From NCBI RefSeq assembly GCF_009914755.1, contig NC_060936.1: a DNA stretch of 64,000 bases, one strand, 5' to 3'. Of this stretch, positions 55,277 to 64,000 are shown one piece after another (within the stretch, counting starts at the first letter, position 1; each line of letters opens with the position of its first letter). The stretch comes from the human T2T-CHM13v2.0 reference genome, Homo sapiens. A program made the position numbers and the translations under genes. The notes beneath the pieces were generated by a model, which was not told the DNA's origin, searched no databases, and was given only the letters and a program-made list of their open reading frames with translations.

Positions 55277-55708
55277 ATTTTTTTTTAAATTTTATTTTAT
55301 TTTAAGTTCCAGGATATAGGTGCAGGATGTGCAGGTTTGTTACATAGGTAAATATGCGCCACGGTGGTTTGCTGGACCTATCAACCCATCACCTAGGTAT
55401 TAAGCCCTGCATGCATTAGTTATTTATCCTGATGCTCTTCCTCCCCTTCCCCCACCCTCACAGGTCCCAGTGTGTGTTGTTCCCCTTCCTGTGTCCATGT
55501 GTTCTCACTGTTCAGCTCTCACTTATAAGTGAGAAAATGTGGTGTTTGGTTTTCTGTTCCTGTGTTAGATTGCTGAGGATAATGGCTTCCAGCTTTTATC
55601 CCATTCCTTTTTATGGCTGCATAGTTTTCCATGGTGTGTACCACATTTTCTTTGTCCAGTCTATCACTGATGGGCATTTGGGTTGAGTCTACATTTTTGC
55701 TATTATTG
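55277..55708 (-). mobile_element. 5'-truncated L1PA (older primate subfamily) 3' end
   Basis: polyT, gtgcaggtttgttacataggtaa...ccatcacctaggtattaagccc...ctatcactgatgggcatttgggttg. Confidence 0.92.
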
Positions 55709-55919
55709 ACTCCCCAGAGTCCCCAAGATAAGAGCCAGAATCTCTTCCATGGCCCATATGGGACTGCAGGACATAACCTGGTCTTACCTTCCTGACTCAG
55801 TTCTCATCACCCTGTATTCATTCCATCACACTGGTCTTCCTCCATGTTCAGACTCTATTTTCTTTGCCTCCTACATGCATATGGTTCTCTGTGCCTGGAA
55901 CACATTCTTGCTCACTCTT

Positions 55920-56491
55920 TGTATCAGTCAGCTATGCTGCATAACAAATCACCCACAAACTTAGCTTAAACAAAAACTAAAAGCAAAATACATTTATTAT
56001 CTCAAAGTTTTTATGGCTCAGGAGTCTGGGCCTGACTTAGCTGGGTCTTCTGCTTTGGGTTTCTCAAAAGGCTGCAATCAGGTTGTCACCTAGGGCTGGA
56101 GTCTCATCTGAAAGCTCAGCTGTGGAAGGATCCACTTCTAAACAAATGGGCTCTTGACAGGATTCAGTTCCTCATGCACTGTTGGACTGAGAGCCCTCAT
56201 TCCTTTCTGGCTGTTGGCTGGAGGCTACTCTCCATTCCCTGCCATGTAAGCTTCTCCAACATAGTTGTTTCATCTAAGCATGCAAACCAAGATGGCAACA
56301 GAGACAGTCTACTTGCAAGACAAAAGCTGCAGTCTTATGAAATGGCATCACAGAAGTGACACCATGTCACCTTGGCCTTATTCTGTTAGTTAGAGTAAGT
56401 CACAGGTCCCACCCACATTCAAGGAGACAGGATAACATGAGGTATCAGGAGGCAGGGATCACAGAGACCATCCTAAAGTCTGTCTGCCACA
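55920..56491 (-). mobile_element. MLT1F/G-like LTR
   Basis: tgtatcagtcagctatgctgcataacaaa...ggctcaggagtctggg...gaagtgacaccatg...ctgccaca. Confidence 0.85.
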
Positions 56492-57109
56492 TGTCCCATT
56501 AGCCTGACAAGAGAATTTTTTCCCTTGAATCTTTTCTGACATGTCACTGCCTTAGAGGAGCCTTCCCAACTAAAATTATTCCCACCTATTATATGCCCAT
56601 GCAGTGGCCTGTATTTTCCTTCAATTATACCTGTGTACTTTTAATGACTTGCTTCATGGTTGTCTTCAGGTAACACATCTGTTTAGAGCTACATATCCAA
56701 AGTCTAGCTCAGAGAGTAACTTCCCTATTCTGAAGCTCAATGCGTGTATGAATGTGCTTTTGAATGAATGACCAAACAGAAGTATCCTGAGTGTCATGAT
56801 CTGTTCAAACATTTGTCCTAAACTGTGCAACTTAAAAACTACCCAGACACTCACATATTGGCCCCCTCAGTATCTCTGCCTGACTTTGTCCTCCCTACTC
56901 CATTATTAATACTAGGGTGGAAGAATAAGATCCTGGAAAACTTTAGGAACATTCCAAAGTAGAATTAATCACCCCGGGAAACAGTCCCATGCTCCGTCTT
57001 AAAATGTATGCTCTTTCCTATTCAGTGATGTTGATACATCAATCCATACATTGAAAGGAACATTGAACCCATTGTTAACCTTCAATGTTAGATCAGGAAG
57101 AAGAGAGAA

Positions 57110-57240
57110 GCCAGGGTCATTCCTGAGCACCTGCCACATGCCAAGCACTATGCTATGTTAATACTTGTGAAATCTTTGGAGATAAGGACTTTTATCTCCA
57201 TTTTTCAGATAGAAAAACAAGTTGAGAGGGGACTTGAATT
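57110..57240 (-). mobile_element. MIR
   Basis: tgagcacctgccacatgccaagcact...ttttatctccatttttcagat. Confidence 0.65.
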
Positions 57241-57243
57241 TTG

Positions 57244-57432
57244 CAGTGGTGTGCTGGTAAACTTGATGGTGTGAGGGAGCTTGATTCTAGTCTTTGCTGA
57301 TTTTCTCCATGCAGATATTCTCACCATGACCAATCTTAACCTACCGATGGCTTCACAACTAAGTCACGAAATTCTTGAAAGTTTTTCAGCTGATTCTTGC
57401 AAGCCCATGAGTGCTGGCTCCAGCTTACCATT
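57244..57432. mobile_element. MER63A-like hAT-Blackjack MITE
   Basis: cagtggtgtgctgg...aaattcttgaaagttttt...ctggctccagcttaccatt. Confidence 0.7.
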
Positions 57433-58135
57433 AGACCTCTTTAGGAACAGGCCAGTGGTTAAGATTTTTTGTTTATGTTTTTGTTTTTCTTATCTCTCAT
57501 CTTCTACCACATGGAGATGCCACTGAGATATTAAGCTCCTGGAGGTTGAGGGTTTGCCCAGCCCAGAGCCTTGCTAGAGAGTGATGCTCAGTAAATATTT
57601 GTTGTGTCAGTGTGACTGGAATTTTCAAGGGCAGTCCAGAAGGAGCCAGATCACCCCCTGGCGGGATCTAAACAGGGACACAGGACACTGCAGGGACAAA
57701 CACCTAGTGATACTAGGGAGCTCCCTGGTGATGACCTAGGGGACAGACGCCTGTGGCAACGGCCTTCCTCTGGCTGAAGCAGCTGAGCAGGAAAGAAGAA
57801 AACCAGGAGATACCAGCTTGGTAGGGGATTGGCAAGTACACCGCTTGCCTTCCTGCCCTCCCAGCTCCTGCTGCCTCTGAACTGTTGCCTACCAGGTGGA
57901 TTTGTGGACTTAGGATCTTGGGAGTCCCAGAGATAAGGCTGATGTCTCAGAAGTACTGGAGACACACCTGGAACCTTCTTACCTGCCCTAAAGCTCCAGA
58001 AACAATGAAGAAGGCTGGAGCTAAGGCAGATTTTGGAGAGCATTCATCTCTTTGTTTATTCATTCAGCGATCACATATCGAAGGTTATATACCAGACAGA
58101 GTGGAGTAATGATGTTAGGCAAAAGTAGTCCTTGC

Positions 58136-58775
58136 AGATATCTGCACTCCCATGTTTACTGCAGCATTATTCACAATAGCCAAGATATGGAATCCACCTA
58201 AGCATCCAACAACAGATGAATGGATCGGGAAAATGTGGCGCATATACACAATGAACTATTATTCAACCATAAAAAGCATGAAATCCTATCATTTGCAACA
58301 ACATGGATGGAACTGGAGGACATTACGCTGAGTGAAATAAGCCAGACACAGAAAGACAAATATCATATGTTCTTACTTATATGTGGGAGCTAAAAAAAAA
58401 AAAAAATTGATCTCATGGAGATAGAGAGTAAAATGATATTTGTCAAAGGCCGGGAAGGGTAGTGGGGAGGGGGAGAAAAAGAGGGCTGATTAATGGGTAC
58501 AAAAATCCAGCTAGATAGAAGGAATAAGATCTGCAGTTTGGTAAACAATAGGGTAACTATAGTTAACAATAATTTATTGAATATTTTGAAATACCTCGAA
58601 GAGTGAAATTGGAATATCCCGAATACAAAAAATGATAAATGCTTGAGGTGACAGATATCTCAGTCACCCTGATTTGATCATTACACATTGTATGCGTGTG
58701 TCAAAATATCACATGTACCCCATAAATATATACAACTATTATGTATCCACAACACTTAAAAACAACAACAGGCCA
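58136..58775 (+). mobile_element. 5'-truncated L1MA 3' end inside an antisense L2
   Basis: Canonical L1 3' UTR; TSD agtagtccttgc at 58124-58135 and 58778-58789. Confidence 0.93.
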
Positions 58776-59079
58776 ACAGTAGTCCTTGCCTGCATGGAGT
58801 CTGCTATCTAGTAGGAAAGGGAGAAATAAAGTATAACATCAGGATATTTCTGACGCCTGCTAACCAAGGTAGGAAAGGAGAGGCATGAGAGAGGCATCTC
58901 AAAATCCAGTCTACAGTATCAGGGAAGGCTTCCTGGAGGAAGTGGTGTTCAAGGTGAAACCTAGAGTATTCAGCCCAATGAAAGGAAGGCATATGCCTAT
59001 GTCACATCATCTAATTCTACATATCTAACCACCTTTCATCAGCCTTCTTTTTCTCTATCAGATAACAAAAAGTCTATTT

Positions 59080-59565
59080 TGTTACCAATTGTCTTACAGA
59101 AAACTGCCCAAAACATTGAGGCTTAAAGCAATAATCATCTTATTAGGCCTCATGCTTTTGTGAGTCAAGAATTGGAGCAGGACTCAGCTGGGTGGGCACT
59201 GAGTGGTATCAATGGAACTCGTCAGTGTTAATTACCTGGAGAGTGGGCTGGTCTGGAGGGTCCAAGTCAGCTTCCCCTATATGTGACTGGTGACTTAGCA
59301 GGGATGGATGGAGGGCCAGGTTCAGCTGGGATTGTTGACTGCAAAGCTGCACATGGCCTCTCTGCGTGGCAGTCTCAGAGAGTCAGATTTTACGCAAAAT
59401 GGTGAAGGGATCCCACAGACAAGTGTGAGCCCGAAACCTGACACGGCATCACTCTAACTGTATTCTATTGGCCAAGCAGTTACAGAATCTTCCCAGATCT
59501 GATGGAAAGGAACAGAGACACCACCTCTCCACTGGAGGAGCATTAAAGAATTTGCAGAGTGGTCA
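59080..59565 (-). mobile_element. MLT1H-like LTR
   Basis: aactgcccaaaacattgaggcttaaagcaa...ggctggtctggagggtccaag...tattctattggccaagcagttacag. Confidence 0.75.
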
Positions 59566-59579
59566 TTTTGTTTGTTTGT

Positions 59580-59880
59580 TTGTTACTATACAACCACAAA
59601 AAGTTGCAAAAAAAAATAGAGAGACTGTTTTTTTACTGCACCCAGCTTCCCTCAGTGTTAATATCTTACATAATCATAGCGTATTGCCAAAAACAGGGAA
59701 TTGACTGCAGTACTTTTTAACTCAGGAACAGACCATATTCAGACTTCACCAGTTTTTACATGTAATTGTGTGTGTGTGTATCGTATGCAGAGTTCCATGA
59801 AATTTTATCACATGTAAACACAGGTAACCATCATCACAGTCAAGATGTGGAACTATTTCATCACCATAAAGAACTTCCTT
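59580..59880 (-). mobile_element. L1MC/MD 3' fragment
   Basis: aaaagttgcaaaa...cacccagcttccc...catcacagtcaagat. Confidence 0.7.
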
Positions 59881-59969
59881 CATATGGGCAATTTTAATCC
59901 ACCACAAGGTCTAATATTGACAACAGAGATTCCTCAGTTTGAAGCCCAACATTGTTAAAAGCTGGATGA

Positions 59970-60260
59970 GGCTGGGCACAGTGGCTTATGCCTGTAATCC
60001 CAGCACTTTGGGAGGCCAAGGCGGGCAGATCACGAGGTCAGGAGATGGAGACAATCCTGGCTAACACGGTGAAACCCCATCTCTACTAAAAATACAAAAA
60101 ATTATCCAGGCATAGTGGCACGCTCCTGTAGGGGGCTGCTCAGGGGGCTGAGGCAGGAGAATTGCTTGAACACAGGAGGCAGAGATCGTAGTGAGCCAAA
60201 ATTGTGCCACTGCACTTCAGCCTGGGCGACAGAGCGAGACTCCATCAAAAAAAAAAAAAA
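59970..60260 (+). mobile_element. Alu (AluSc8/Y-like)
   Basis: Full dimer with A tail; TSD aaaagctggatga / aaaagctggataa. Confidence 0.95.
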
Positions 60261-61819
60261 GCTGGATAATGCTGGATGATTCCATTGCAGATCCTCAGTT
60301 TCTTTATCTGTAAAATGGGTCAACAAGGAGAGGCTCCATAGAAACCAGAAAGCCCAAGTCACAGATCTAACTTATATTCTCAACTTCATACTTCATCTTT
60401 GTGAACACAAAGAAATAAGCTTCAGTTAATTTCAGCTCAGTTCATCAGTAAAATTGGAATACAACAACACACATGGTAAGAATGTAGTGAGGATAAAGGA
60501 AGACAATGTGTGCAAAACCCCAGCACAGTGCCTGCCAGAGACTCTTAAGAGTCTGTCCCCCATTCTCTTACATTTTTCAACTTACTTGTAATCCTGCCAT
60601 CTTGAGGAGTTTGTATATTTACATACTAAGCTTTATGGTAATTGGCTTTGGTTAGTTGTTTGTGTAATTGGTTAGACACAATTCTGTATTGATTGTTAAC
60701 ATGATACTGTTTTTTAAAATTCATTTTTTAACCACTTCTAAATCAAACCATCCTTCTTCCCTTACTCTGAACAATAATAGATCATGCAGAAACTCAGCCC
60801 CTAAAAGAGTCTTAGCGTGATTAAAGAAAACCCAATGTGAAAAATCCAACCATCGGAGTTCCACACATCTTTAAGAAAGCCCCTATATTTAGTTCTGAGC
60901 CTTAGATGTCAAAATCTTCTGCTACCCTGCAACATCACCAAAGGAAATAAAATTAAAAAAAAAAAAAAAAGGAAAACGGAAGCAATTTACCTCCCCAGGC
61001 AAAAGAGTGATTTTCCCCTTTCTTTTGATGCTGTCATTTTCTCATTCTCAAGAATTCCTTTTCAGTTCCTCAACATTTTCCTTCTCCTCTTAGGTAGTTC
61101 TAAGTCTGACTTCATTTCTAGAAAAGAGAATCACTGGGCCTGGATTCAACGCAGAATTCGACCGAGGATCTACCCAAAGTATCTTGGCCTAAAAAGTCTT
61201 GAGGCTACTTTTTTTCTCTTGCCACAGTCTACTGCCTGTCTCTTCCCCAACCACATTTCCGGTACACCCCATATGTGTGTTTCTGGGGGTTTGCACACTT
61301 AGAAACGTGGCATTTATACAGTTTTACTTAGGGAGAATTTAAGTTGAAACAGCCCAACAGCATGACTTTCAAACAAAACAAAATACCAGCTTCTGGGAGT
61401 CTGCAATGGTACCCGGGCAATATTGGACAGAAATTAAATTACGACCATTTTGAAGGAAACATGAGGAGAACTCTTTGGTTTATCTATCCTTGAGAGAGCG
61501 TTGCTCCTCAGCTGGGTGAAATCTCTGGCCTCATTCCTAAAACATTGCAAACTTTGCTTTGTACATACTTGCTGAGGAAAGCACACAGGTGTCTGTCCTC
61601 TGCTCAGCCTAGAAGCAGCATTAAGTGGCAACGATCAGCCCCACACGTATCATGAATTGGACTCCCTGCATCAGTAGCTGGGGACATTAGTTCTGTTTTG
61701 ACATGCCTGCTCAAATTCGAGGCCACTTCTTTTATTTTAAAGAAGGAAACAACCACACTCACCTTTACTCTGGAGACTTCTGGAAAGATGGGGTGACGCA
61801 ATAATAAAGATCTCTAAAA

Positions 61820-61985
61820 TAGTGTCTCCAACTTTAATGTGCACATACATCTCTGGGGGGATCTTATTAAAATGTAGATTCTGATTCAGTGGCTCTGGGG
61901 TCTACCTTGAGATTCCTCATTTTACCTGGCTTCGAGATGACACTGGCGGCTACTGGTTAGGGACCACACTTTGAGGAGCAAGATT
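61820..61985. mobile_element. MER5A-like MITE
   Basis: ggggatcttattaaaatgtagattctgattcagt...gggaccacactttgagg. Confidence 0.8.
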
Positions 61986-62214
61986 CTAAAGCACTTCAGT
62001 GATGAAGGATTGAGAAAAAAACGTTGAGGTCCCTTGTAAATCTTTTCTCCTTAGACATACTTCAGTAAAGCTTTAGAATCCATTGTAGCTTATTTCATAA
62101 GGCAGACTGCCTAAAAGTGAGCAACCAGTGAGCAATCAACCTGCAGTCTTCCAAGTTCTGAGGGCATCAAGTCTAAGAGTCAAACCCAGGCAGCAAGCTG
62201 AAGGGTTTTTCTTG

Positions 62215-62686
62215 TATGTGTCTGTCTTCTGTGGCTGCTGTGACAACTAATCACAGGCTTATTTGCATACGACCACAAAATTTTATTATCTTACAAGTTC
62301 TGGAAGTCAGAAATCTGAAAGTGGGTTACACCGGGCTAAAAATCAAGGCATTGGCATGACTGCAGCCACTCTGGAGGCTCTAGGGGAGAATCCACTTTTT
62401 GCCATTTCCAGTTTCTTGGGTCCTCTCACTTTCCTTGGCTTGTGGACTTTTTCTTGATTTTCAAAGCCAGCAGTGTAGCATTTTTCTCATCTCTCTCAGC
62501 CCTCTTTCCAGCATCACATCTCCTTCTCTGACTCTGACACTTCTGCTTCTCTCTTATCCTCTTCCTATCTCAAGGTTCTTATCTTCATCACACACACAAA
62601 GGCTCTTTTGTCATGTAAGATAACACAGTCACAGGTTTCGGGGATTAGGATGTGGACATAGTTGGGGGCCATTTTCGACCCACTAT
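62215..62686 (-). mobile_element. MLT1C-like LTR
   Basis: ggctgctgtgacaa...gttctggaagtcagaaatc...ctggaggctctaggggagaatcc...gggattaggatgtggacat. Confidence 0.85.
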
Positions 62687-62990
62687 GTCTTATTTCCATT
62701 GGTGAATCCTGGTGGAATACTTTGCTCTAGACAGTGCTAGGGTATATACAGATCCTCTAAGAGGTCATCTTAAAGCTTTGACTTCAGGAGTCCTGAGAAA
62801 TATCTTCCTAAAACTAAAAACTCCCCCAGAGACCAATTGATTTGATTTAAATCATGTGGCTGATTGTTTTCCGAACACAACAATATTTTCCATTCTATAT
62901 GCTCTTCTACAATATGACCTTGCACCCTCCCATCCAGCGGTTGGGGTTTGTGTTCCCATCCTTTAGACCTGGGTGGGCTGTGACTGTTTC

Positions 62991-63097
62991 GACCAGTAGA
63001 GTCTAATAGAGTATGGCAGAAATTATATTGTGTAACTTCTAAGGTTTTGACCAGTAGAGTCTAATAGAGTATGGCAAAAGTTATATTGTGCAACTTC
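62991..63097. repeat. Direct tandem duplication of a 49-bp unit, period 58 bp
   Basis: gaccagtagagtctaatagagtatggca.aa.ttatattgtg.aacttc at 62991-63039 and 63049-63097 (46/49 identical). Confidence 0.95.
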
Positions 63098-63284
63098 ATA
63101 AAAAGCAATACCGCTTCTGCCCTGTCCACTAAGACACTTATGCTAGAACCTCAAAACACCATGTAAGAGTTCCAACTAACCCTGAGGCTGCCACACTAAG
63201 AGGAAGCCCAGGCCACATGGAGAGGCCATATGTAAGTGCTAAGCGATGGCATTTTTAAGTGATCCCAGCTCCTGTAAGTAAATC

Positions 63285-63410
63285 TGCCTTGCAGATTTCT
63301 GTAGCAGAGAATTCCAAGCAGAGGGGGCTGTAGTGCAAAGGTCACGAGGTTGGAGTGAGCTGTTCGTTTTGAACAGAGGAGTGCCATGGTCTGGTTTAGG
63401 ATTTAACAGG
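63285..63410 (-). repeat. Inverted copy of 45266-45391, flanked by 45-bp inverted repeats (63228-63272 / 63416-63460)
   Basis: Hand alignment: 114/126 identical with no gaps; arms 40/45 identical. Confidence 0.93.
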
Positions 63411-64000
63411 TCCTGGGAGCTGGGATCACCTAGAAATCCCTTCGCTTAGCACCTACATATCCCAGCCATTGAATTATGTCCAGATTAGACCTTAGACATC
63501 TTGGAGCAGAGAACACCTGTCTGCACCTTCTATCAAAACTTCTGAGTCACAGAATCTGTTACCTAATGAAATGGTTGTTTATACCATTAAGTTTTTGGAC
63601 ACTTTGTTACACAGCAAAGATAACTGGAACAAAGTGGATCTCTTTGGAATGCAAATGTCTATCAGTATGAGAAATATAAACAATCAGAATTGCAGAGTAT
63701 ATATTCACTTGTTTATTTATTCACTTACTCTCTTACATCCCCGTTTATGAACACACGCATGCTCTCCTAATTTATTCACGTACTTATCCAAAAGCATGAT
63801 AAATTCTCACTATGAACAGAGATACCCTCTGAGACTTCACTTGGCAATGGGGATTCATTCATTCATTTCATAGATATTTATTGCCTGGGAAGTGTTCCTC
63901 AGAGATGTATCAAAATAGGAACAGACTTTCTTTCCTGCTTTGGTTGGAAAAATCCCAGGGAAGGCACCTCATTGGCTCTGTTGGATGGTGTGTCCAATGC

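Larger units (their letters stand above)
55070..56770 (+). mobile_element. L2 split by L1PA and MLT1 insertions
   Basis: Collinear L2 blocks at 55070-55275, 55709-55919 and 56520-56770, ending ttgaatgaatga. Confidence 0.7.
62855..63631 (+). mobile_element. MLT1F/G-like LTR carrying a tandem duplication and a templated insertion
   Basis: tgtggctg...gaggaagcccaggccacatggagaggcc...taagttttggacactttgttacacagcaaagataactggaaca. Confidence 0.8.

Noticed and set aside
60539-60554. Perfect 16-bp palindrome agactcttaagagtct
   Set aside because: About one such palindrome is expected by chance in 64 kb.
62991-63097. Repeat-spacer pattern resembling CRISPR
   Set aside because: Only two units, inside a mammalian LTR; no CRISPR or other prokaryotic feature anywhere in the window.

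Overview
Primate (human-like) non-coding genomic DNA, either intergenic or deep intronic; the locus cannot be named from sequence alone. I find no credible protein-coding exon, RNA gene, CpG island or CRISPR array. The supplied ORFs are read-through of Alu, L1, MaLR and microsatellite sequence or chance ORFs. Much of the window is interspersed repeat: 11 dimeric Alus plus a FLAM, several L1 remnants, a full-length THE1A (LTR-int-LTR), solo MSTA/THE1D/MLT1/LTR33 LTRs, many MIR/L2/L3 relics and DNA-transposon MITEs. The most unusual structure is at 63228-63460. There, a 126-bp segment matching 45266-45391 (about 18 kb upstream, inverted, 114/126 identical) sits inside an MLT1 LTR and is bracketed by a 45-bp inverted duplication of the LTR's own sequence, which looks like a fossil template-switch repair event. 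Other points of interest are an AluJ with an internal micro-inversion, a ~970-bp GGAA/GGGA purine tract with higher-order structure, and several repeat-free islands with clustered homeodomain, PBX-HOX or SOX motifs (candidate developmental enhancers). Repeat subfamily names come from remembered consensus sequences and should be confirmed with RepeatMasker/Dfam. Boundaries without a stated TSD are approximate.
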